A stretch of DNA of 64,000 nt from an uncultured bacterium (GTDB lineage Bacteria > Zixibacteria > MSB-5A5 > CAIYYT01): assembly GCA_963726455.1 (NCBI GenBank), contig CAVSCK010000001.1, positions 1 to 64,000 on the forward strand, given 5' to 3'. The notes beneath the pieces were generated by a model. It was not told the origin of the DNA, did not search any database, and saw only the letters and a list, made by a program, of their open reading frames with translations. Every line of letters begins with the position of its first letter. Positions within the stretch are counted from its first letter, which is position 1. Made by a program: the position numbers and the translations under genes. This document shows, in pieces, positions 30,701-38,812 of this stretch.

Positions 30701-31290
30701 CGCAACTTGATCGGGTCAACTTCGACTTGATATTGTTTCTGATAGCCGCCGATCGAGGCGACTTCTGCCACGCCCGGGACTGACGACAGCGCGTAGCGCA
30801 GATTGAAATCCTGAAATGTCCTTATGTCGGACAGATCATGCTGCCCCGTTGAGTCGACCAGCGCGTACTGAAAGACCCATCCAACCGAGGTGGCGTCCGG
30901 ACCGATCGTCGGTGTTACTCCCGAAGGCAACTTGCCCTCGAACTGTTTCATGTATTCCAACACGCGGCTGCGCGCCCAGTAGATATCTGTGCCCTCATCG
31001 AAAATCACATAAACGAATGACATGCCGAACATCGAATAGCCGCGCACGGCGCTGACATGCGGCGCTGCGAGCAGTGATGTGACAATCGGATAAGTTATCT
31101 GATCCTCAACCAGATCGGGGCTGCGTCCCATCCATTCGGTGAAGAGAATCACCTGCGTGTCGGACATATCGGGAATGGCATCGAGAGGAATTCTCTTGAT
31201 CGAGTAGATGGCCCCGATGACCGCGAAAGTTACGGCGATAAGAACGATTGCCTTGTTACGGGCGCAATAATCGATGATGGCTTTAATCAC
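27799..31290 (-). CDS. cusA: CusA/CzcA-family heavy-metal RND efflux permease
   Basis: LDAIPDMSDTQVI, GPDATSVGWVFQY, AMVDASIVMVEN, GSEFMPPLNEG, RVRPKLMT. Confidence 0.93.
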   Translation of the reverse strand: MIKAIIDYCARNKAIVLIAVTFAVIGAIYSIKRIPLDAIPDMSDTQVILFTEWMGRSPDLVEDQITYPIVTSLLAAPHVSAVRGYSMFGMSFVYVIFDEGTDIYWARSRVLEYMKQFEGKLPSGVTPTIGPDATSVGWVFQYALVDSTGQHDLSDIRTFQDFNLRYALSSVPGVAEVASIGGYQKQYQVEVDPIKLRAYGLAVTDVTRAIRASNNDVGGRVIEMTGREYYVRGQGYIQNLDALRKIGLGATPTGTPILLENVAKISFGPEIRRGVGEFDGIGEAVGGIVIMRFGENALDVIQRVKQKIEDVKPSFPAGVKLVPVYDRANLIDRSIHTLKHSLIEEGVVVALVIIIFLLHFGSSLVPIIILPVAVALAFIPMHLLGINSNIMSLGGIAIAVGAMVDASIVMVENAHKRLEKAPPGVNRKEVIIAAAKEVGPSIFFAQLIITVGFLPIFALTGQAGKLFSPLAYTKTFAMFFAAIMAVTLAPVLMTLFLRGKVHSETKHPVSRLLIAVYKPFVYVALRNPKTTVAIGIAAIIATLPMIPKIGSEFMPPLNEGDVLYMPTTFPNISVEAAKEYMQFQDRVIRSFPEVVTVYGKAGRAETATDPAPLSMLETVVQLKPKEEWRKVPEKRWYSNWAPEFLKSVLRPIWPEQRTITWQELLDEFDKAMQMPGWTNAWTMPIKTRIDMLSTGIRTPIGVKVFGNDLMEIERVGQELEQSLSKIPGTRSVFSDRNTGGFFVDIIPDREAIARYGLTMRDVQDVIETAIGGMPIETTIEGRNRFTVNVRYPRQTRDDLERLRQIEVPLPASSATPSRSGMTGMSNSMLYLESAPLAGTNSDLDYQVLNDMRLYAQMDNMGGTSGGSSNPSKLGGAGGMSTGGAAGTSLPSAGQGQPTLFPEGRPTIPLGQIAEIKVTGGPPMIRDENGMLVGYVYVDIDQNKRDIGGYVNEAKQVTAKEVKLPAGYYLKWTGQYELLEAMAARMRVVVPITFILVIILLYLNFRNFTETMIVLASVPFALVGSIWLMYFLGYNYSTATLVGIIALVGLATQTGIVMVLYLDHAYERRKKAGMIRDLNDIIWAHMEGTVMRVRPKLMTVGTAMIGLVPLLWATGTGADVMKRIAAPMVGGLISSTFLTLEIIPVIYTYWRLWQIKREARTNRA

Positions 31291-31314
31291 TTGAGATTCC
31301 AGCTCCCTTTGTGT

Positions 31315-33073
31315 TTACTTTCCCTGCCCCGACGGTTGATCATTCGACATACCGGGCATGTCTGCCATTCCCCCCATTCCGGAGACGGCTGCTTTCAATC
31401 GGCTTTCTGAGTCGATCAGAAAGTTCGCGCTGGTTACGACTTCATCACCTGCCGTCACACCCGAAAGCACTTCCGCCCAATCTCCGGCTGTCTGCCCGAG
31501 TTGCAGTAAGCGTGGCTCAAAACGTTTTCCGTCGTGCACCACGAAGGCATACTTGGTGACGCCGCCATCCATCACTGCCGACATGGGGATGGCGAGAACC
31601 GGTGCGCTTGATTCGTCCAACTGAACATCAGCAAACATCCCGGGACGTAACTGCATTGATGAATTGGCAAATTCGAGCCGCACCTTCATTGCTCTCGATT
31701 TTTCGCCCACTGCCGGATAGACAAATGCGACCTTGCCTGAAAGGGTTTGTCCCGGCGATGACGTCACCGTCATCTCGGCGGTTTGGCCGACCTTGACACG
31801 GTCGATATCCTGCTCGTAAACATCAGCCAACACCCAAACATCACTGAGATCAGCGATCGTGAAAAGATTTTGGTCGGCGCCGATGTATTGACCTGGTAAT
31901 ACAGTTTTTTCGAGAACATATCCCGACGCCGGACTTCGAAGTGTCAGGTCGCTTCCCACAGAATCAGAGCTTTCGATGTTGGCGATATCCTGTTGGCTCA
32001 GCCCGAGCAAGTGCAGCTTTTGACGCGCCGCTTGAAGCATCTGTTGTCTCATGTAATGTAAGCTCACTGTCGGCGATTGTCTTCTGCGTGGCCTTGCGCG
32101 CCACCATCAAGTCTTGTTGTGCCTGCGCCAACTCAGGACTATAGAGCGACAGCAACGGCTGTCCCGCTTTGACATATTGCCCGGTTTGATCGACGAACAG
32201 GTCTCTCACCCAGCCGCTGGCGCGAATATGAACATTTGCAGTATGTGTTTCATCGGCCGTCACATAACCCGCAAGCCGCAGTTTGTTCGCGATGATTCGT
32301 TGTTCGACTTCTCCGATGCGAATGTTGATTAGCTGCTGGCGCTCCGGCTCGATGGTCACGGTGACGAGTCCCGGAACGGTTCCAGTCGTTGTTGAATCGT
32401 GAGTCGCTTGAGTTTCCGGCATAGACATCCCCGACATGTCTATTGCCTGACCGGAACTCGACACCGGTTCTGACACTAGTAACAACGTCATCCCGCAGAT
32501 TGGACATGCACCCGGCTTTTCGGCCACAACCTGCGGGTCCATAGGGCACGAGTATTGTCCCGCCTTGGCTCCCGAGGTTGCCCCGTCTCCCGCGTTCGTC
32601 TCCGGTTTCGAAACCAACTCCAGGTTCATACCACACTTAGGGCACTTCGACGGTTCATCCGAAACCACTTCCGGATCCATTGGGCACGTGTACTGTCCCG
32701 GTTTGGCCTTGACCGTGGTGTCACTGCGCGCTCCCTGGCCCGCCATCGTCTTGGTCGAATCCGTCACAGTCGCGCTCTTGCCATTGTCGTTGATCGGTAC
32801 CAGCGTCATGCCGCAGATCGGACACTCGCCCGGCTGATTGCTCACGTACGTCGGGTGCATCGGGCAGTGGTACATAACAGCGCTGGCCTGAGTCGACGAC
32901 CAGGGCGTGGCGCCGAAATAGCTCAGCACCATGAAGAGAGCAAATATCGAAATCGCTCCCAGTATGATCCAGCGCACAATTGCCATCGTGTGAACGTATG
33001 GCGGGGGCGCCTCTACTCCTTCCGGCAGCGGCTCGTGCTCGTAGGGATTGTATTCCTCGTGTGGTTCTGACAT
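31315..33073 (-). CDS. cusB: CusB-like RND periplasmic adaptor with three heavy-metal-binding domains; frameshift near 32055
   Basis: YHCPMHP/YTCPMDP/YSCPMDP each followed by CPx[12 protein letters not shown]...[24 protein letters not shown]. Confidence 0.85.
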
Positions 33074-33077
33074 TTAT

Positions 33078-34392
33078 CTATCCTTGGTTTGATTGTTGCT
33101 TCCGCTCTGTAAGTCCGGAAAGTTGCGCCGGATCAGTCGTGTAACGTTCCACTTCTGCGATTGTCTTGGCGAGATCGGCATCAAGCTGATTTGCCGTCAG
33201 GCGATCGCGAAACATTGTAATCGCATAACTAAGTACCGTCGACAACGTCGCGCGATTGTTGATGTAGCCGGAGAATGCATTGCGATACGCTTCCTCGTCG
33301 GCGGGAATAATCCGCTCGCGATACAGGCCGGCGTTCTCCCGCAGATGAAGCGCGTCAAGATAACAGCATCTTAAGTCTGGTCGTAACATCGCGAGCCAAC
33401 TGCGCCGCCTCTGCATCGGTGCTTTGCTTCATCAGATCCATCGACTTACCCATCGCGCGCTGCTTGCGGCCGGAGAAAATCGGTAGCGACAAAGTTGCCT
33501 GGAAACCGACCATGTTGTCGCGCTGTTCCATCTCGGTGCTAAAGCGAAAATTATAGTTCGCAGACAGACCAAGCATCGGCCACTCCATCCGGCGCTCCGC
33601 TTCCGCAGAGAAGCCGTAGCTTTTCGCCTGTTCCGAGAGTTTCTGCAAGGGCGGATAATGCTCTCGCGCTGCGGCAATCCACGGATCAGCATTGGCAGGA
33701 AGCTGGATTGAATCGGGCGTCGCCGGTGCATACATCGGACTCTCGGTCGCCAGCCCCCGCAAGGTATTCAGATTATACTGGGCGCTTTCGACCTGATGTG
33801 ACGATGGCGTAAGTTGTGTTTGCAGCCGCCACAAATCGGCCTGAGCCGCGTAGACATCTTCCGGATTTGACTGGGAGGTTGCCACTCGCGACTTCACCGA
33901 CGCCACCACATCCTGCGATACCTCGATTTGCTTCATCAACAAATCGACGCTGCGCAGACTGTAATACAGATCGAAATATGCCAGCTTCGCCGCGGTGGCG
34001 AGTTCCAATTCAGAGTCATAACGATCCTGTGTAGCCGCTCGCGCATCAGCCAGCGCCGACTTCTTTTCGAGTCCCTTCTGGCCCGCGTAGGGGATATTCT
34101 GGCTCAATCCCACCATTCTCATGGTCATCGGGTCCATCTTGAAATCAAATGAGGTCGGCAGATTCACAACTCCGAGCATCAGCATCGGATCATCCCAGGC
34201 GCCGGCAGACCTGGCCTTGGATTTGGCGGCATCTTCCATATAGCGCATGGCAGCCAACCGATCATTATGCTGAATGACCTCGGAAATAACCTGTTTCAGA
34301 CTCAGACTATCAGCTGTAGATTGTGGCCGTACAGTGACCGGACTCGAGAGACTGAGGATTAGTACCATAAACACAGTAACCTTCCAATTCAT
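33078..34392 (-). CDS. TolC-family outer-membrane efflux protein; 1-nt insertion near 33362
   Basis: AGAWDDPML...SQNIPYAGQK; LSLPIF. Removing one T (ctg tta tct to ctg tat ctt) restores RLKMLYLDA. Confidence 0.82.
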
Positions 34393-34691
34393 CTCTCCTC
34401 CTTACTGCAATCCGTATGCCGGACTGGTACAATCCGAGAATCTGCGATCTGACAACGGTTTACACAGGGAAAACATCGGTGCTGAACATTCTACGTCCAC
34501 AATATTGGCGAAATCTAGAGAATATTATTCAACAAGACAATCGGGAATTGGACATGTGAGCCTGCTCGGGTGGGTGGGCCTTTTCATTCTCAACGACTTA
34601 GCGAATGTTGCCTCGATGGGCACATAGATTGAACCGTACGAGGGTTAATGGTGTTATATCAGAAGGCAGAAGAAACAGAAAGGATTTAGAA

Positions 34692-35162
34692 ATGTTCAGA
34701 ACGGCAATCTACTTCACCGCATTGTTATCGATTCTAGCTTTCGGCTCGCTGCTCGCAGCCGACAGCACCAAAGTTGTGCCGGCTCCGTCGAAACCCAAAG
34801 AACTTCACGCGCAGGAGCTTTGCCCGGTCATGGGAAGCAAGATCGACAAGAAGATGTTCCTCGATATGCAGGGTCAGCGAGTGTACTTCTGCTGTGCCGG
34901 TTGCTCGGATAAATTCAAGGCAGACCCGGACAAATATTTCAAGCAGGCCGCTGCCGATGGCGTCGTGTTCGAAAACGTTCAGAAGATCTGTCCGGTCTCA
35001 GGCGAGAAGATTGACAAGAAGGTGTACTCCGACTGGCAGGGACGCCGAGTGTATTTTTGCTGCAAGAAGTGCCGCTCGCTGTTCCCGAGTTCACCAGACA
35101 AATACATTAAACAACTCGACATGCCGCCCGACAGCGTCAAGTGGGATAAGAGTATGATGTAG
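34692..35162 (+). CDS. Exported tandem YHS-domain protein (metal-binding)
   Basis: CPVMG...YFCCAGC and CPVSG...YFCCKKC; divergent from the efflux operon. Confidence 0.85.
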   Translation: MFRTAIYFTALLSILAFGSLLAADSTKVVPAPSKPKELHAQELCPVMGSKIDKKMFLDMQGQRVYFCCAGCSDKFKADPDKYFKQAAADGVVFENVQKICPVSGEKIDKKVYSDWQGRRVYFCCKKCRSLFPSSPDKYIKQLDMPPDSVKWDKSMM

Positions 35163-35205
35163 TGCGCGCCCCTCACGTGATGCGCACCAAGTTCAAAGTT
35201 ACCTG

Positions 35206-35250
35206 ACGGCCGGCAGTCATTCGATCGCCGGCCGTTATCTTCTATTTTAT
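35206..35250 (+). terminator. Terminator after the YHS gene
   Basis: ACGGCCGGC...GCCGGCCGT stem with a T-rich tail. Confidence 0.55.
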
Positions 35251-35340
35251 TCTAGACGTGGCAAGACCTTGTTCCGAGTTTTTTGATCTCGAATTCCACC
35301 TTCTCCGCTATTGTGACTCGCCGAAAGCTTCCGAAAGTAG

Positions 35341-35370
35341 TTGACAATCAACGACGCATTTTGCTATAAT
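35341..35370 (+). promoter_or_regulatory. Consensus sigma70 promoter for the rSAM-precursor unit
   Basis: TTGACA-N18-TATAAT with extended -10 TG. Confidence 0.8.
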
Positions 35371-35467
35371 GGGTCAGCGCCGGGACTCAATGGCAAAAAG
35401 TAGCTAGCAATTCATTCAGTGAGACACGCCCTCTTGTCTCATAGTGCCCTTTCTACCAGGGAGCATA

Positions 35468-36805
35468 GTGAAACCGTCACGCTACAACATCTTCGTAGAT
35501 ACGAACGACGGCAAGAAACTGGCATTCAACAGCGCCAGTGCCGCCTTGGCCGAGATCGAATCCGACAAGTTCCCCACGATTCAAAAGCTGCTCGACAATT
35601 CAGATTCCGCCGCCACGGCCGAGGAAAAGCAATATCTGGCGGCTCTCGGTCATGGCAAATATCTTATCGAAGACGACATCGACGAAATCACGCTGTTGAA
35701 AGTACGCAATAGCAAGAATCGCTTCTCCGGCAAAATCATCATGCTCACGATTGCACCGACGCTGGCGTGCAATCTTCGTTGCGACTACTGCTTTGTAAAT
35801 CAACAGGCCGTGCGCATGACACCGGAAACTGAGCAGGCGCTTTTGCGCTTCAAGGAAAACGAATTACAGCGTGCCGAAGGTCTCTCCATTACCTGGTTTG
35901 GCGGCGAGCCGACTTTGTGTCCTGACACGATCGAACGGCTGCAGGAAGGGTATCGGGAACTTTGTTCTCGTTACCAAGTCGAACTCTATCCCAGCGGTAT
36001 CGTGACCAATGGTTACTTGCTTGATGCCGCCATGTCATCCCGGCTTTCGCGTGCGGGAATCGCCAGCGCCCAAACAACGCTGGACGGCCCGGAGCGGATT
36101 CACGACAGCCGCCGTCGCCTGCAAAGCGGCAAGGGCACCTTCCAGAGGATCGTCGACAACATCGAGCAGTCGTACAATACGCTCAAGATATCGGTGCGCG
36201 TGAATGTCGATCGCGACAACATCAATTCCGCTCTCGAGTTGATGGAGTACTTGGATGACCGGAAACTCCTGCGGAAGGTCGGCATCCATTTCGCGCAGGT
36301 GCTGCCCTCTAAAGGCGCGTGTGCCGACATGCGCGACAACTGTTACTCCGAGCAGGAATATGCTCGGGAACAACTGCGCTTGTACCGGATGCTGATCGAT
36401 CACGGCTACAATCATATCAGTTACCCCAATCCTGCCGGTGGCGGTCTCTGTGCCGCTTGTTCCGACAATGCCTGGGTGGTCTCGCCGACCGGCGAACTGT
36501 TCAAGTGCTGGGAAGAAATCTCGGCCAACAGTAGTGACTCAGTCGGCTCGATCTTCGACCTGAAGACGGAATCGCACAAAACGTCCAAACTCAACAAATA
36601 TTTGGCCTGGAATCCCTTCGAAAAGTCAGATTGCGTTTCCTGCAATATTCTGCCGCTCTGTATGGGCGGCTGTCCGCAGCAAGCGCTGGAAATCAATTCG
36701 GAAAAGGCGGGAGCCTGCTGCTCCTGGAAGTATAACCTCGCGGAGATGCTTACGCTCCGCTATCTGTGTGACCAACAACAGAATCAGAAGGAGGTGAGAC
36801 AATGA
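35468..36805 (+). CDS. Radical SAM/SPASM peptide maturase with putative N-terminal RRE
   Basis: CNLRCDYC, WFGGEP, TTLDG; SPASM C...GELFKCWE...CVSCNILPLCMGGC...CC. About 85 aa precede the rSAM domain (MKPSRYNIFV, GTG start, AGGGAG RBS). Confidence 0.9.
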   Translation: MKPSRYNIFVDTNDGKKLAFNSASAALAEIESDKFPTIQKLLDNSDSAATAEEKQYLAALGHGKYLIEDDIDEITLLKVRNSKNRFSGKIIMLTIAPTLACNLRCDYCFVNQQAVRMTPETEQALLRFKENELQRAEGLSITWFGGEPTLCPDTIERLQEGYRELCSRYQVELYPSGIVTNGYLLDAAMSSRLSRAGIASAQTTLDGPERIHDSRRRLQSGKGTFQRIVDNIEQSYNTLKISVRVNVDRDNINSALELMEYLDDRKLLRKVGIHFAQVLPSKGACADMRDNCYSEQEYAREQLRLYRMLIDHGYNHISYPNPAGGGLCAACSDNAWVVSPTGELFKCWEEISANSSDSVGSIFDLKTESHKTSKLNKYLAWNPFEKSDCVSCNILPLCMGGCPQQALEINSEKAGACCSWKYNLAEMLTLRYLCDQQQNQKEVRQ

Positions 36806-36903
36806 GATTCATCGAACAGCCAATGCCGGATGTTATCAACAAGTGCCCCATTTATCAATGGTGGTGTCCATTCGGATATTATCCGATCAGCCCGCGCGAC
36901 TAG
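36802..36903 (+). CDS. RiPP precursor peptide 1: MRFIEQPMPDVINKCPIYQWWCPFGYYPISPRD (33 aa)
   Basis: AGGAGGTGA RBS; ATGA overlap with the rSAM stop; homologous to two downstream peptides. Confidence 0.88.
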   Translation: MRFIEQPMPDVINKCPIYQWWCPFGYYPISPRD

Positions 36904-36930
36904 TTAGCTCGCGGCGCTACTAAATCAAGT

Positions 36931-36978
36931 GAAGGAGTGCAGGGAAGTTCTCGACCGAGACGCACTCCTTCTTTTTTT
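36931..36978 (+). terminator. Conserved post-precursor hairpin/terminator, copy 1
   Basis: GAAGGAGTGC...GCACTCCTTC followed by a T-run. Confidence 0.75.
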
Positions 36979-37044
36979 GAGTCGACATGAAAGCCGTCAA
37001 GCGCAATACCTGAATTCTCCGGATTGTCTTATATTGTTGAACGT

Positions 37045-38058
37045 ATGAACCCGACACGAATTGAAAAGCCCGAAATGGTCGCGTGGGAAATCACCCGCCG
37101 CTGCAATCTGACTTGTCCGCATTGTTACACGGCCGCCAGCGGCAAGGATTTTCCCGAATTATCGACGCAGGAATGTCGCGCAATCATCGACGATCTCATC
37201 GCGCTCGGCACAGTCACTATCGGCTGGACCGGCGGCGAACCGCTGTTGCGTGATGATCTCGAGGAATTGATGATCTACGCCCGCGACAAAGGCGGCATTA
37301 AGTCGGGTGTTACCACCAACGGAGTCCTGTTGGATGAAAAACGCGCCCACTGTCTCAAGCAGGCGGGCGTGGATTCACTGCAAATCAGTCTCGACGGTTC
37401 CACTGCTGAAAGAAATCACCGCATTCGTCGCGCCACCGCCGAGGAATTCGAGAAAACTCTGGCCGCCATCCACATTTGTGCGCCACTCGGTTTTCGCCTT
37501 TGTATCGCCACAGTGTTGGGAAAAGAGAATCTTGATGACGCTTGGGAGATGCTCAAGCTTGCGCATCGCGAGGGTGTCAAGTATTTCCGTTTTTGCGGCT
37601 TTGTGCCGGTTGGTCGTGGCAAGCACAATAGTTCGTTGGAACGTCTGCTGTTCGACTCCGACCTTTTGGAAATCCGGAAATTCGTTGATGAGGCCGCGGC
37701 TCTCGATCATCCCAAAGTTGCGTTCGATCCCGCCTTCGGCCCATTGGCGCCTCGCTATGACTTCCATGTCTGCAATGCCGGCGTTCACACTTTCTATCTG
37801 AATTGCCTCGGTGACGTCTATCCCTGCACTTCGCTCCTGAACAAGCGCTTCATCGTGGGAAACATCAAGGAACGTCCACTGGCCGACATCTGGAACGATC
37901 CAAAGATGACGGAAATCGCTCAATTTCTGCGCGATCAAATACGTGGCGAATGCAGCAGTTGTCGCCATTTCCACAGTTGCCGGGGAGCTTGCCGTGGCAT
38001 CACCTATGCTCACACCGGCGACCTTTTCGCTTCGTTTCCCATGTGCCTCAAGTGGTGA
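37045..38058 (+). CDS. Second radical SAM/SPASM protein (NirJ/PqqE-like, no N-terminal RRE)
   Basis: WEITRRCNLTCPHCY, TGGEPLLR, QISLDG; CNAG...GDVYPC...CSSCRHFHSCRGACR...C. Confidence 0.9.
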   Translation: MNPTRIEKPEMVAWEITRRCNLTCPHCYTAASGKDFPELSTQECRAIIDDLIALGTVTIGWTGGEPLLRDDLEELMIYARDKGGIKSGVTTNGVLLDEKRAHCLKQAGVDSLQISLDGSTAERNHRIRRATAEEFEKTLAAIHICAPLGFRLCIATVLGKENLDDAWEMLKLAHREGVKYFRFCGFVPVGRGKHNSSLERLLFDSDLLEIRKFVDEAAALDHPKVAFDPAFGPLAPRYDFHVCNAGVHTFYLNCLGDVYPCTSLLNKRFIVGNIKERPLADIWNDPKMTEIAQFLRDQIRGECSSCRHFHSCRGACRGITYAHTGDLFASFPMCLKW

Positions 38059-38128
38059 TCACTGCCTCTTTGACCCGGTCTTCAGGCGAGACGGAAGCCA
38101 AGTTTCAAGCGGTCGAACCTCTTTCAAA

Positions 38129-38157
38129 TTGACTTCGCTTAATGAGATCTGTATTAT
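38129..38157 (+). promoter_or_regulatory. sigma70 promoter for precursor 2
   Basis: TTGACT-N17-TATTAT. Confidence 0.65.
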
Positions 38158-38299
38158 ATCTGAGTTAACATAGACAAATAGTCGCAGTTGGAGTCATCGT
38201 TTGCCGATGCCTCCCGCACCTAATTGCAGCCATAAAACAGGAGCGCACGACGTTCCGATTCTAATGGATCTCAGGCAAACGGAAAGGAGGTGAGAAAGA

Positions 38300-38401
38300 A
38301 TGAAGTTCATCGAACAGCCAATGCCGGAAGTCATAAACAGTTGCAACATGTTTAAACCCTTTTGCCCGATACGGTATTACCCGATCAGTCCCCTGGTCTG
38401 A
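38300..38401 (+). CDS. RiPP precursor peptide 2: MKFIEQPMPEVINSCNMFKPFCPIRYYPISPLV (33 aa)
   Basis: AAAGGAGGTGA RBS; leader and YYPISP tail shared with precursor 1. Confidence 0.88.
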   Translation: MKFIEQPMPEVINSCNMFKPFCPIRYYPISPLV

Positions 38402-38427
38402 TTGGCCCGTGGTGTCTCGAATGTAGT

Positions 38428-38469
38428 GAAGGAGTGCACGGAAGCTCTCGAATAAGACGGCACTCCTTC
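38428..38469 (+). repeat. Conserved post-precursor hairpin, copy 2 (no U-tract)
   Basis: GAAGGAGTGC...GCACTCCTTC stem identical to copy 1, with a similar interior. Confidence 0.75.
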
Positions 38470-38487
38470 TCGTAAGCGAAACACGGC

Positions 38488-38516
38488 TTGACTTAGACGC
38501 ATTCGTTGACTATTAT
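38488..38516 (+). promoter_or_regulatory. sigma70 promoter for precursor 3
   Basis: TTGACT-N17-TATTAT, the same hexamers as the precursor 2 promoter. Confidence 0.65.
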
Positions 38517-38605
38517 TCAAACATCGAACTAGAAGACATCGCGTTCCAGAGCACATGATGCTCTCATTTTCTGGGCCTGTCAAATGAGTGAAAGGAGGTG
38601 AGATC

Positions 38606-38701
38606 GTGAGATTTATCGAACAGCCGATTCCGGAAATCCTGAAGCCGCCGTCATGCATTCGCTATTGCAAGTTATTCTTCCCGATCCTTCCGCCGTGGTA
38701 G
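38606..38701 (+). CDS. RiPP precursor peptide 3: MRFIEQPIPEILKPPSCIRYCKLFFPILPPW (31 aa, GTG start)
   Basis: AAAGGAGGTGA RBS; FIEQP leader; FFPILP tail; tandem TAG TAG stops. Confidence 0.83.
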   Translation: MRFIEQPIPEILKPPSCIRYCKLFFPILPPW

Positions 38702-38729
38702 TAGCCGATGCCGAAGCAGAATTGAAATC

Positions 38730-38775
38730 CAAGGTGTGCCTCAGTCGCTTGAAGGCGCGGGGCACTCCTTGTTTT
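38730..38775 (+). terminator. Conserved post-precursor hairpin/terminator, copy 3
   Basis: CAAGGTGTGCC...GGCACTCCTTG followed by TTTT. Confidence 0.65.
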
Positions 38776-38812
38776 GTCAGTAGAATGAATTTGCCTTCGT
38801 ACTTGGTTGGTC

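Noticed and set aside
14772-34392. Programmed frameshifting in the M1 peptidase (~16161), CusB (~32055) and TolC (~33362)
   Set aside because: No slippery heptamers are evident. Small indels restore ordinary full-length proteins, so sequencing error or recent mutation is the simplest explanation.
36802-38701. The three short peptides as type I toxin-antitoxin toxins
   Set aside because: They are Pro- and Cys-rich with no continuous transmembrane helix, and the first is coupled to a rSAM enzyme. A RiPP fits better.
36928-38775. Repeated hairpins as a CRISPR array
   Set aside because: Only three imperfect copies at irregular spacing, each after a peptide gene, and no cas genes.
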